Virus record (IMG/VR): IMGVR_UViG_3300003323_000621
Coordinates: 8,153 to 72,152 of that record
Origin: a virus
Taxonomy: Duplodnaviria > Heunggongvirae > Uroviricota > Caudoviricetes
Length of the DNA: 64,000 bases
Direction: 5' to 3' (one strand)
Positions 1 to 9,523 of this stretch are shown one piece after another. Each line of letters opens with the position of its first letter. Positions within the stretch are counted from its first letter, which is position 1. The translations under genes and the position numbers were made by a program. Under the pieces are notes generated by a model. The model was not told the DNA's origin and did no database searches. It worked only from the letters and a program-made list of their open reading frames with translations.

Positions 1-192
1 TTACCTCTTGAGTGGGTAAATTTCCTTTTTCTTTAGATACTTCTTCACAGGCTCTTAACCATAAAGTAGGATTTTTTTTATGAAGTTTTGTATCTTTACA
101 ATACATTGTTTTTAATTGTGATTTCTGACAATTAGATCCTTTACTTTTACCTGGAGTACTACTTGCTTTTGTATTTTTATTTTTCTTTGCCA
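1..192 (-). CDS. hypothetical basic protein, partial (runs off the window start)
   Basis: Minus-strand ATG at 190-192 reads MAKKNKNTKASSTPGKSKGSNCQKSQLKTMYCKD... with no stop before position 1; same strand as neighbours. Confidence 0.3.
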
Positions 193-200
193 TAAACTAT

Positions 201-614
201 TTATAAATGTTTATTAATCCAACTTGCTATTTCTTTAAATGAATATTTTCCTGAATCATTAAATTCTGCTAATTGATGTTGAATATCTCTAGCCATTCTT
301 TCCTTATCAGACATATTAAGAGAAATTTGTGGAATTAGAATACTATTTGGAAGCTTTTTATATGAAGCAAGAGAATCATAAAGAAAACTTCTACCTAAAA
401 GAGATCTTTTACCAATTCCACAAGCTGCTGCTGCAACTCCTAAACAGCAATATCCAACCTTAAAACCATTATCTTCATTTTCATTCAATAACTCACCTTC
501 TCCTTGTTGCTTATATTTGCCACTTCTTAGTGCTTGAATCCACTTAGCTTTAAATTTCTTTGGTAATTTAAATTTTGGGGAAATAGAAGGTTCTTGTATT
601 TTTAATTTTCCCAT
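201..614 (-). CDS. hypothetical protein (137 aa)
   Basis: ORF track; tightly packed co-oriented minus-strand early gene block. Confidence 0.5.
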   Translation of the reverse strand: MGKLKIQEPSISPKFKLPKKFKAKWIQALRSGKYKQQGEGELLNENEDNGFKVGYCCLGVAAAACGIGKRSLLGRSFLYDSLASYKKLPNSILIPQISLNMSDKERMARDIQHQLAEFNDSGKYSFKEIASWINKHL

Positions 615-624
615 ATTATTTTAT

Positions 625-972
625 TTATGAATCTTGAATAGTGAAAAATAAACAATATTTCTCTTCTTTATATATTATAGTATCTATATATCTAAATTTA
701 GAACTAAAGTCAAAAATAGTATAAAGAGGAACTAATATAAATTCACACTCATTAGTAGGAATCATTTGCTCAGGATTAACTAATCCAATAATGATTAGCT
801 GTTCATCTCCAAAAGCATTATATCTTTTATCATTTGCTATATATTCTGATGTTAATGGGACATCAGCAATCATATTAATACATCCATTATCCATCTTATT
901 TAATTCTCTAAGAGGAAATTCATGTATTTCTCTTTTTACAGAAGTATCTGTCAATGTTTTACCTTGTAACAT
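625..972 (-). CDS. hypothetical protein (115 aa)
   Basis: ORF track; co-oriented, 10 nt spacing to the downstream gene. Confidence 0.45.
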   Translation of the reverse strand: MLQGKTLTDTSVKREIHEFPLRELNKMDNGCINMIADVPLTSEYIANDKRYNAFGDEQLIIIGLVNPEQMIPTNECEFILVPLYTIFDFSSKFRYIDTIIYKEEKYCLFFTIQDS

Positions 973-976
973 ATAA

Positions 977-1243
977 TTATACTATTTTTATCAATCTTTC
1001 TCCAGAAACAAATGTTACATGATCTTTAGCATCATTATCATAATGTATAAGATATACTTCCATGTCCCATTTTTTATAATTACCTACTATAGTAGCTTCT
1101 TCACCATCTGTATGTAAATCTCCTTCTTCTGAATTAATTTTGATAACTCTATCTCCTATACTCATTTTACACTCTGGATTTCCAACTATGAATTCTTTAA
1201 GTAATTCTTTTGGAAATTCTACCATGTGTTCGTCTTTGTTCAT
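977..1243 (-). CDS. hypothetical protein (88 aa)
   Basis: ORF track; co-oriented early block. Confidence 0.45.
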   Translation of the reverse strand: MNKDEHMVEFPKELLKEFIVGNPECKMSIGDRVIKINSEEGDLHTDGEEATIVGNYKKWDMEVYLIHYDNDAKDHVTFVSGERLIKIV

Positions 1244-1244
1244 A

Positions 1245-1754
1245 TTATACTATTTTAAGATCATCTATATTAGATGATTTATCTATTATACCAGTATCAG
1301 ATTTATAATCTGGATACCATGGATAATGCCATACTTCATATTTACTAAAGTTTTCATTAATCCAGGATACTTTAGACTGATATGATTTATGAAAAGATTT
1401 AACCTTTGGAGTATTATTTTCATCTAAAATAACATTTCCTTCTTTATCTCTTTCATAAGATACAGAGTTGTGTTTAAGATTATAAAAATCTTTAGGATAA
1501 ATAATCATAGCAGAATCTTGATCTTTCCAATTAGCTTTACTTAATGGTTCACCATTGTCATAATAATCTGGACAATAATGAATCATTATTGGAACATCCA
1601 TATATTCTGCATATTTAATATGCATATCCTTTATACCAACTGTATTGTTTTTTCCATGTATCTTCTTTTGCACTAAATGAAAATAGCCATTTAATATCTC
1701 TTCTTCTCTAAAGAGATTAAATATAATCTCTTCCCTTTCTCCTCTACTTTCCAT
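1245..1754 (-). CDS. hypothetical protein (169 aa)
   Basis: ORF track; gene packing. Confidence 0.5.
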   Translation of the reverse strand: MESRGEREEIIFNLFREEEILNGYFHLVQKKIHGKNNTVGIKDMHIKYAEYMDVPIMIHYCPDYYDNGEPLSKANWKDQDSAMIIYPKDFYNLKHNSVSYERDKEGNVILDENNTPKVKSFHKSYQSKVSWINENFSKYEVWHYPWYPDYKSDTGIIDKSSNIDDLKIV

Positions 1755-1766
1755 TAAGTTATATTG

Positions 1767-2087
1767 TTATTTTACCATCTTATTATCATATTCTTCCAAA
1801 ATTGAATAAAATAGGATTAATATTGTAATTTGAATCACATCTCCATCTTCACCTATAGAGTATTTGCTCAATTCTTCAATAATACATGTCCTACTTTTTT
1901 CAATATCAGAAAGAAAATTAGTATTTTTAACACCTGTATATATTACATCACTAATGTAATCACATATATCAAAACTATCTACTCCTCCTTCCTGTACTTC
2001 ATTGTACAATCTATTTACACTTGCTGCACTTTTAGGAAGATTTAGATTTTCTAATTCCTTTACTAAAGTATCTTGTATTTTAGTCAT
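1767..2087 (-). CDS. hypothetical acidic protein (106 aa)
   Basis: ORF track; gene packing. Confidence 0.45.
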   Translation of the reverse strand: MTKIQDTLVKELENLNLPKSAASVNRLYNEVQEGGVDSFDICDYISDVIYTGVKNTNFLSDIEKSRTCIIEELSKYSIGEDGDVIQITILILFYSILEEYDNKMVK

Positions 2088-2089
2088 AC

Positions 2090-2395
2090 TTAAAGCTTAT
2101 TATTTTCTAAATCCTGTAACATAATAAGGTTACAAATAGCTGCTGCTAAATGTGTTCCTCCATCTTCATCAATCATATTACCTTTTCTATATTCTGCTAA
2201 ATGTCTATATACAGCATTTAACAATCTGTGTGGTTTATGACCTTCTCCTTTTCTCCAATTAGGGGATCCATCAGGATCTTCACCATATTTTTTAGCACCT
2301 AAAGTAAACTTCTCTATCACTTGTTCATGTACTTCTACAGGTAACAAATGATAGAGTAATTTACCTTCATCATCTTTTCTAGGCTGATTGTCCAT
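2090..2395 (-). CDS. phage dATP/dGTP diphosphohydrolase N-terminal-domain-like protein
   Basis: Motifs LLPVEV..LGAKKYGEDPDGSPNWRKG...HLAAAICNLIMLQ resemble the conserved GAKKYG / NWRKG / HLAAA..NLxML pattern of the phage dATP/dGTP pyrophosphohydrolase N-terminal domain. Confidence 0.5.
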   Translation of the reverse strand: MDNQPRKDDEGKLLYHLLPVEVHEQVIEKFTLGAKKYGEDPDGSPNWRKGEGHKPHRLLNAVYRHLAEYRKGNMIDEDGGTHLAAAICNLIMLQDLENNKL

Positions 2396-2843
2396 CTTCA
2401 GTAGTATTACCTCTTAATTCTCCAAGGATTTCAAATCCCTTAATAAAACAAGCTTTTTCAGCTTCCCACCTAGTATCAAATCTCTCACTGATAATTTCAT
2501 TGGTATTATCTCCTATATTAGTAATGATATAAGAATAATCCATTTTATCAGAAGATAAACTATATTCAATAGTTATAGCTAAATTCCTACTTTCAAAATA
2601 ATCATATAGAGATCTTGGTTGAAATACTAATAACATATAAGCACCCATATCTCCAAGTTGATCATGTAATTCTGGATCATTTTGAGATATGAATTTCTTA
2701 TATCCCTCTACATTTACATTCAAACTAAGTATCTCTGGTAAAATCAAAGTAGAAGATTCTCCAGTAGATTTTCTCATTTGTTCTAATTCTGTAAGTAATT
2801 GTTTTTTAGCTTGATCTATATTAACTTCACCAATATTATCCAT
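2379..2843 (-). CDS. hypothetical protein (154 aa)
   Basis: ORF track; translationally coupled overlaps with both neighbours. Confidence 0.5.
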   Translation of the reverse strand: MDNIGEVNIDQAKKQLLTELEQMRKSTGESSTLILPEILSLNVNVEGYKKFISQNDPELHDQLGDMGAYMLLVFQPRSLYDYFESRNLAITIEYSLSSDKMDYSYIITNIGDNTNEIISERFDTRWEAEKACFIKGFEILGELRGNTTEDGQSA

Positions 2844-3388
2844 TATTTATTGTTTTTATATCTATAAACTTCCTTTTCTTCATTTGGAATATCCCACCAT
2901 TCATCCATTTTTAATTCATGCTCATTATCATACCCTAATCTGGTATTCCACCAATCTTTTATCCATTTAGTTTTATTAAATATATGATAGAATAAAGTAT
3001 GCTCTTTTATAACCTTCCCATCAACTTTTGTTTCCTTAGAAAAAGGAAAATATAAATTTATATAAGTTTTACTGAACTTAGAATATTTACCTTGTTTAAA
3101 GTATTTATATTCCTTTATAAAATCTTTAGGGAATTTAAAAACAATCATTACATGATCTCCTATATTATAATCATCATGTATGACTTCTTTATATTTATCT
3201 ATAAAATCTTCAATATCACTTGAACCAGATGGTTTAAATAATAGATATAAACTATTTTTATATTCTATTTCATATCCATTATCTCCTAAATAAGCATTTA
3301 TAAATCCTGCCTTTGATAAATCATCATTAAGTATATTCAATGCAGGTAATAAAAATAAAGTTGTATTTGTAAACTTCTTATCTGCCAT
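2843..3388 (-). CDS. hypothetical protein (181 aa)
   Basis: ORF track. Confidence 0.5.
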   Translation of the reverse strand: MADKKFTNTTLFLLPALNILNDDLSKAGFINAYLGDNGYEIEYKNSLYLLFKPSGSSDIEDFIDKYKEVIHDDYNIGDHVMIVFKFPKDFIKEYKYFKQGKYSKFSKTYINLYFPFSKETKVDGKVIKEHTLFYHIFNKTKWIKDWWNTRLGYDNEHELKMDEWWDIPNEEKEVYRYKNNK

Positions 3389-3392
3389 ATAC

Positions 3393-4499
3393 CTATTTAC
3401 TTCTTGAAACTTCTACAATACCTTCACTATCAAAGTTATTTTTACTAATATTCCATATATTAGTATTTTTATGCCATTCTAACTCTTCTAAAGCCTGATT
3501 TAATCCTGGATAAAATACATTATTTTTTCCATAAAATCCACCAATTCCCTCAGCAAAATGTTCTTCAGTAGTAGTATATATTAAAGGTTTAAGATATAAA
3601 TTTGTATCACAGACTATAAACTTCATATATTCAACTCTATATCCTTTTTCAATATACCCTTGATCTTCAGCCCATCTATATAAACCAGTCCAATAGACAG
3701 CTGCTTGGATATAATATTTATATTTATAGTAGCTATCAGAGAATTCTTCAACAGAGAAACTAGTCTTTAAATCATAAGGTTGAATTACTTTTTTTTCATG
3801 ATCTATAACAACTTTATCCAACATACATTTTAATGGATAGTTATTATATGAAAATAATATAATCAATTGATTTATGACAGTAAATCTCTCATTAGTAGTT
3901 AATAACATTATTGGACCTGTATTAGAACTATTATCAAGTGTAGCTTGAATTTTAGAAGCTTTAGTAAGATCATCTTTTGTTACAACTATTTTATCCCCAG
4001 ATTCTAATAGTTGATTGAAATATGGAGAATATTTCTCAAATTTCTTTACTACACTCTCAAGACTTTCTCTTTTAAATCCTACAGCATTATATGCTACCTG
4101 AAGTGTTTTATCATATACATCTGTAGTACATTTATGATATATTTCTTTTGCTGATATAATATTTGTTGAAGAAGTTCCATTTACAATATTAGCAGCAGAT
4201 TTAAAACTTCCATAAACATGATTACAAAAACTTAGCATTTGTCCTGTAGGAATATCTGTTACTTTAGATACAATAAACTTTTCATCAAAATCATTTTTCC
4301 CATTTTCATCAGGAAGTGATAGTGTATCTACTAAACTTCCCATTTTCAAACTTTGAATTAATTCCTCATCATCATCTTTTACCTTCTGTATATACTTTCT
4401 ATAGTATTTCTTTCTATCAGTCAGAAACTGTGAAATACTACTATAGCTATCTATATCCATAGATCTATATTCTTTCTCACTAATTCTAAGTTTATTCAT
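3393..4499 (-). CDS. PD-(D/E)XK nuclease, RecB/Cas4-like family
   Basis: C-terminal PYDLKTS followed by YKYYIQAAVY matches the hhDhKT + QhxxY motifs of RecB-family PD-(D/E)XK nucleases. Confidence 0.55.
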   Translation of the reverse strand: MNKLRISEKEYRSMDIDSYSSISQFLTDRKKYYRKYIQKVKDDDEELIQSLKMGSLVDTLSLPDENGKNDFDEKFIVSKVTDIPTGQMLSFCNHVYGSFKSAANIVNGTSSTNIISAKEIYHKCTTDVYDKTLQVAYNAVGFKRESLESVVKKFEKYSPYFNQLLESGDKIVVTKDDLTKASKIQATLDNSSNTGPIMLLTTNERFTVINQLIILFSYNNYPLKCMLDKVVIDHEKKVIQPYDLKTSFSVEEFSDSYYKYKYYIQAAVYWTGLYRWAEDQGYIEKGYRVEYMKFIVCDTNLYLKPLIYTTTEEHFAEGIGGFYGKNNVFYPGLNQALEELEWHKNTNIWNISKNNFDSEGIVEVSRSK

Positions 4500-4502
4500 C
4501 TT

Positions 4503-4883
4503 TTATTCTTCTCCTTTAGCACTAGAATTATAATTCTCTTTAAATGCTTGATAAGCTTTTATATATTCAACAAATTTAGGCCAATCAGATTTAGTTAATA
4601 CCTTCATTGAAAAAAAACATGGATAACCATTTATTCCTCTTGGTCCTGCTTCTGATATATATTCATATATCATTGCCATTTCATCAATTTCTTTTCTTTT
4701 CTTTTTTACCTGTACATTATCAAGATCAATAGTACTAAGAGCACCTAATCCTAATGGCATAAATATCATTGGAGTCAATTCAGCATCCTTTTCATTTATG
4801 TGTCTATCAGTAAATACCCTATTTTCACATATATCTTCAGCAAGCCTTTTTAATTCTTCATTAGTCATGCTCATAATTTTCAA
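4503..4883 (-). CDS. hypothetical protein (126 aa)
   Basis: ORF track. Confidence 0.45.
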   Translation of the reverse strand: MKIMSMTNEELKRLAEDICENRVFTDRHINEKDAELTPMIFMPLGLGALSTIDLDNVQVKKKRKEIDEMAMIYEYISEAGPRGINGYPCFFSMKVLTKSDWPKFVEYIKAYQAFKENYNSSAKGEE

Positions 4884-5355
4884 TAGTTATTATTACATTA
4901 TTATTTACATCAATACCTACATTAACTTCTACATGATCTCCCCATTTACCAAGAGCAACTTCTTTTGGTAAATCTGATACAATAGAGTGTAAATCATCCA
5001 TACAATTTTTATATGTTTGATTAAAATTTTCATTAGTTACTAATGTGTATTTACTATCATTTTCTGTAATTTTTCTAAGAACATATGTTTCAACAAAACT
5101 ATTTCTATATATTTCAGAGAAATCAATTTCTACTCCATTTATCTTATTAATACCATTTACTTCAAATTGACATTCACTACCATCATTAAAATATGGTGTG
5201 TATTGTGTCCAGCTAAATGATTTGATAAATGAATACTTGTCAAATATTTGTTCTTTTACAAAATTAACAAACTCTTCAGAATATTTTTCAATGTAATTAT
5301 CCCTGGCTTTACAAAATTCTTGTTCGTAGTTTGCTAATTTATCTTTTGAATTCAT
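4861..5355 (-). CDS. hypothetical protein (164 aa)
   Basis: ORF track. Confidence 0.45.
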   Translation of the reverse strand: MNSKDKLANYEQEFCKARDNYIEKYSEEFVNFVKEQIFDKYSFIKSFSWTQYTPYFNDGSECQFEVNGINKINGVEIDFSEIYRNSFVETYVLRKITENDSKYTLVTNENFNQTYKNCMDDLHSIVSDLPKEVALGKWGDHVEVNVGIDVNNNVIITIENYEHD

Positions 5356-5356
5356 A

Positions 5357-5632
5357 TTATAATGAATTTAATAAATCTTCTTTAGTTTTAAATATTCTAG
5401 CATCATCTAACATAAGTTCTCTATCATAATCATCACTATCACTCTTTAGAAATCCTGTGTTAGTACTCTCCTTTCTCTCCTTCATTACTACAGTATATAC
5501 AGCTCTAGTAACTACTTTTCCTTCTTTTACTCCAGATACAGTTTCTACCCTATCAATAATTCCTTGGTGTACTAGATTATTAAACATTACAAAAACAGCA
5601 TCTTTTGGAGAGAATTTCAATTTAATATCCAT
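5357..5632 (-). CDS. hypothetical protein (91 aa)
   Basis: ORF track. Confidence 0.4.
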   Translation of the reverse strand: MDIKLKFSPKDAVFVMFNNLVHQGIIDRVETVSGVKEGKVVTRAVYTVVMKERKESTNTGFLKSDSDDYDRELMLDDARIFKTKEDLLNSL

Positions 5633-5634
5633 AA

Positions 5635-6036
5635 TTATTTAGTTTGTTTTTTATATAATTTTTTTGCAGATTCAGGTACTTCCCTTCCATTTTGCATCCA
5701 AGGTTTTAGTTCTAATTCAGATAAGAAATCTGCTACACATGGAATAAATTTCATTTGATAATCTTCTAATATATGATATTCACATATATCTTTTACAGAT
5801 ACTAATTTAATTACTGGAGAACAATCAGTAGCAGGTAATACTTCAATATTTATATAACTACCAAATATAGGTAACATAACTTCTTTAACCCAAAACATAG
5901 TGTGAGTTAAAGTTCTATGTCTATTATCAGAAAAATAGGCTTTACTACAATCCATTTTTTCATGAATTGGAAGATAATCTTCTATTTTTCCACCCCATCT
6001 TTTAACTGAATTTTGACTATGTATTATTGGATTCAT
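5635..6036 (-). CDS. hypothetical protein (133 aa)
   Basis: ORF track. Confidence 0.45.
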   Translation of the reverse strand: MNPIIHSQNSVKRWGGKIEDYLPIHEKMDCSKAYFSDNRHRTLTHTMFWVKEVMLPIFGSYINIEVLPATDCSPVIKLVSVKDICEYHILEDYQMKFIPCVADFLSELELKPWMQNGREVPESAKKLYKKQTK

Positions 6037-6466
6037 TCTTAATATAATAAGTTTCTATATATTTATCCACTAATTGCTGAGATTTTACAAGTTTTATAAA
6101 ATCTTCAGCTTTCATAATAACATGCTCTTCATCTTTAGTTCTACCTCTTTTATGAGCTATTACAATAGGATAAGTATGTTGTACATCATGTGGTGGAAAA
6201 TTCTTTTTTAAATCTTCTTCTATTTCTTTAAATATTTCAGTATATTTGATATTAGCTTTTACATTCTTACATTGAAGATTATATGGGATGAAGGCTACAT
6301 CCACATTACTATTATCTAGTAATCTGGATGCAAGCCTTGAAGTTTTAGCAAAAGAATAACCTATATCTTTAAATCTCTTTACCCACAATCTTTCATAATT
6401 TGAACCCTTCCTTTTATTATTTTTTCCTATAGAAGCTCTAGACTTCTTTATCTTTTGCTCGTTCAT
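6017..6466 (-). CDS. putative Holliday-junction resolvase-like PD-(D/E)XK nuclease (Hjc/RecU-like)
   Basis: N-terminal KGSNYERLWVKRFKDIGY resembles the KGxxxERELVxxLxxxG opening motif of archaeal/phage Hjc-type resolvases; basic N-terminus. Confidence 0.4.
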   Translation of the reverse strand: MNEQKIKKSRASIGKNNKRKGSNYERLWVKRFKDIGYSFAKTSRLASRLLDNSNVDVAFIPYNLQCKNVKANIKYTEIFKEIEEDLKKNFPPHDVQHTYPIVIAHKRGRTKDEEHVIMKAEDFIKLVKSQQLVDKYIETYYIKNESNNT

Positions 6467-6473
6467 TTAAACA

Positions 6474-8345
6474 TTATCTTCTTCTATTATTGTAGCTTTC
6501 CTGATATACTATTTTATTAACAGTAGTACCATCAAAATTGATACATTGACCATTTTGAAGGAATTTTAATCCAGCTTCACCACAATTATAGAAATAATTG
6601 AAATAGACTCCTATAGTTCCCAATAGGAACATTCTTTCATCATATTCACTTACACTACATTCACCATCAGTTAAGCAAATACCATTATGTTTTGCTTTAT
6701 TAATGATGTGTCTTGTGACACAATCAATAGAAGTACCTCCACCATCAGAAATCATTAAAATTCCTAACTCAGTAGCTTCTACCTGTCTTACACTAGTATC
6801 AAAAACATATAGATTATTAAGCATATCCATATTTAACATTGCAAGAGCAATACTCTTAGCAAACATCATATTTGATACTCCAGGAATACCTGAACCAGAA
6901 CCCATAGAACCAGATACATCTATATATAGATCAATTCTACCAAGAGGTTTTCTTTCTTCAGTAGTTAATCTATCTAACATAGAAGATTTAAATACAGGAT
7001 GTATATATTCTATACCAAATATCTCACTTATTTCATCTGCTTCAAATAAATCTATTTCTCTAGTTTGGTATCTCTTAGAGAAATAGTTTAAAGAGTTATC
7101 AAGAATATTCTTGATAGCTTCAGCTATTGCATGTTTATTAATTGCTAATTGAGCAATATCATGTCTAATATTGTTGAGATTAAGAATCTCAGTTACTCCA
7201 GCTAAATCACCTCTATCAAGATTAATACCTGCTTTTTCCAGATCTGTCATTAATTTATCTGCTTGACTAATAGCATCATCAAATCTTTGTTGAACTGATC
7301 TAGTTTTAAATAGATTATCTATTTTTTCAGCTAATTTATCATTAACAGTTTTTTCTTTAGCTTTTCTTTCTTCATTTTTCCTTTTCCATTCATCAATTTC
7401 TTCTTTCTTTAAATTTCCACTAGCATCTTGTCCTCCTGATGTATCTTTAGCTTTAGATTTACCTTCTCCATTTTCATCTCCCTGATCACAATTTCCATCA
7501 CCTTTCTGAGGATTACCAGAAGATTTTTCTCCTTTATCAGATGAAGAATTTTTCTCTGAGTCATTCTCACCTTCTTCTTTTTGTTCAGAATCAGATTTAT
7601 CTTCTCTTCCTTTTCCTTTATTTTTGTTAGAGTTTTGTGAGTTATTTCCATTTTCTTCACTATCAGAATCATCTTCATCTGATTCATTTCCATTTGATTT
7701 TTCATTTCCTTTCTTAGATTTATTATTTCCCTTAGATTTACCTTTACCTTTTGAAGAGTTGGAGTTAGAATCAGAATCTTCACTTTCATCATCACTTTCC
7801 ATACTATTCATGTCTTTCATTGCTTTCATTAATTCATTTCTTTCAGAATCAGTCATAGCATTCCACATTTCTGTAAATAAAAAATTACAGATTTCCCTGG
7901 TATACATGAAAGAAGCAATAGAATTATTATTACTAACAATTTTTAACAGACTATTATTTACCTTTTCAAGAATTTTAAACTTTACTTTATTAGAATCATT
8001 TTCAGAATCAAATCTTATATTCTCACTTTTGTTGTAGTATATAGAATATATGTCATGAATTAAATCTTCTGTAATAAAATCCTTGTAAAATTTCCTGGCA
8101 ACATTTACATCACCATTATCATTAATATCTTTAAGATTTTGATCACTTGTACCTTTACCTCTACCAACAGTATGAAAAAACTCTTTATTATTATCCCTTA
8201 TTTCTCTACAAATTTTATTCTGATCCCACCATGACATATAAGGTTTAACAATTTCAGCTCTTTTCTTACTAATAGGTGATTTCCAACTATCAAAATCAAA
8301 CCAGGAGGATGACCATCCCCCTGATTTTTTATTATTTTTGGACAT
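6474..8345 (-). CDS. von Willebrand factor A (VWA) domain protein with very long acidic Ser/Asp/Glu/Lys/Gly-rich disordered insert
   Basis: C-terminal DVSGSMGSGSG is a MIDAS DxSxS motif followed by VWA-like beta-alpha pattern; lies immediately downstream of a MoxR-type ATPase (classic pairing). Confidence 0.7.
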   Translation of the reverse strand: MSKNNKKSGGWSSSWFDFDSWKSPISKKRAEIVKPYMSWWDQNKICREIRDNNKEFFHTVGRGKGTSDQNLKDINDNGDVNVARKFYKDFITEDLIHDIYSIYYNKSENIRFDSENDSNKVKFKILEKVNNSLLKIVSNNNSIASFMYTREICNFLFTEMWNAMTDSERNELMKAMKDMNSMESDDESEDSDSNSNSSKGKGKSKGNNKSKKGNEKSNGNESDEDDSDSEENGNNSQNSNKNKGKGREDKSDSEQKEEGENDSEKNSSSDKGEKSSGNPQKGDGNCDQGDENGEGKSKAKDTSGGQDASGNLKKEEIDEWKRKNEERKAKEKTVNDKLAEKIDNLFKTRSVQQRFDDAISQADKLMTDLEKAGINLDRGDLAGVTEILNLNNIRHDIAQLAINKHAIAEAIKNILDNSLNYFSKRYQTREIDLFEADEISEIFGIEYIHPVFKSSMLDRLTTEERKPLGRIDLYIDVSGSMGSGSGIPGVSNMMFAKSIALAMLNMDMLNNLYVFDTSVRQVEATELGILMISDGGGTSIDCVTRHIINKAKHNGICLTDGECSVSEYDERMFLLGTIGVYFNYFYNCGEAGLKFLQNGQCINFDGTTVNKIVYQESYNNRRR

Positions 8346-8374
8346 ATATGTCTTTTATTAATTGTTGATCAAAA

Positions 8375-9523
8375 TTAATCTACCAATTCTACCTTAGTAA
8401 ACCTGTGCTTTACTTTCTCTTCTACTTCTTCTATAAGAGATTTAATCTCTTCTATTTGTTCTTGACCAAGTTTACCTCCTTTAGTATAAGTACTAACAAG
8501 AAGATTAATTTCATTCATAGTTCTTTCATAATGATCCTTAGATTTGATACCAGGAATTAAATCAACTTTATCAAGTACTGCTCTCATTTCAGGAGTAGTG
8601 AGCTTTTTAGAAAGAGTATTAGCTGCTGTTTCATTGATCATAATAGATGCAATTTTAACAAGTGCAGCATCTATCCTACAATTATATACAATAGATGCAG
8701 TTTTAACTAATCTTGGAACATAAGTTAATGTTCTATCACTAAGATGTTGATAAGCAACATCCAAAAATGCTTTGAGCTTATATTCAGGAATATTTACTGC
8801 TTGAATTTCTTCTTTAGTAGGAATATAAAGATCAATTGCTTTGGTATAATTCTTATCACCAGCTTTGAAATATGATTCCATTAACTGCATGTTCATTCTC
8901 TCAACTTTCATTTTAAGAATAAATCTGTCCCAGAAAGGATTTCCTTTCTCATCAGCAGGAATAACATTACATGTTCCAACAAATAAATTCCATGGGCAAG
9001 AAACTTTATCTTCTCCATTAAAGAGAATCTTCTCATTCATTATACCCAAGAAAGCATTTCTAAGTCCAGGATTAGCCTTATCAATCTCATTGATAATAAT
9101 ATAAGAAGATGTAGTAATAGGAGCTATAAGTTTCCATTCTCCATTCTGCATAAACTCCTTCATATTCATTCTACCCTTTACCTCAGAAGATCTTGTACCC
9201 TCATCAGTTTCAAGGATATATACACTCTTTTGATATGCTTTTTCACCTTCTTCTGTAGTTCTATCATGAGATGCAGCTGCATAATCTGTAACTACATTAG
9301 TTTTACCTACACCTGGAGGACCTTCCAAAAGAATTGGTAAAGAAGCAGCCTCTGCTAAAGCCAACATTTGAAATACTTCATCCTTACCTATAAGGTGAGT
9401 TACAATGTGAATATGTTTTCCTTTCTTATTATCTGATACCATAACATGTGTATTTTCTGCTTTTTTATCTACTGTATTATTCATAAAATCTTCGTTCTTA
9501 CTAATTATTAAAATAACAAACAT
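8375..9523 (-). CDS. MoxR-like AAA+ ATPase (AAA_5 / CbbQ-NorQ type)
   Basis: Walker A LLEGPPGVGKT, Walker B IIINEIDKANP, sensor-1 LFVGTCN; 382 aa, typical size. Confidence 0.75.
   Translation of the reverse strand: MFVILIISKNEDFMNNTVDKKAENTHVMVSDNKKGKHIHIVTHLIGKDEVFQMLALAEAASLPILLEGPPGVGKTNVVTDYAAASHDRTTEEGEKAYQKSVYILETDEGTRSSEVKGRMNMKEFMQNGEWKLIAPITTSSYIIINEIDKANPGLRNAFLGIMNEKILFNGEDKVSCPWNLFVGTCNVIPADEKGNPFWDRFILKMKVERMNMQLMESYFKAGDKNYTKAIDLYIPTKEEIQAVNIPEYKLKAFLDVAYQHLSDRTLTYVPRLVKTASIVYNCRIDAALVKIASIMINETAANTLSKKLTTPEMRAVLDKVDLIPGIKSKDHYERTMNEINLLVSTYTKGGKLGQEQIEEIKSLIEEVEEKVKHRFTKVELVD

Noticed and set aside
7409-8037. ORFs 7409..7795 (minus), 7624..8037 (plus) and 6703..7086 (plus) overlapping the VWA gene
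   Set aside because: They lie within or opposite the Ser/Asp/Glu/Lys low-complexity coding segment of gene 6474..8345. Their translations are repetitive (LPLPFEELELESESS..., KKKVRMTQRK...), typical of alternative-frame artefacts of low-complexity DNA.
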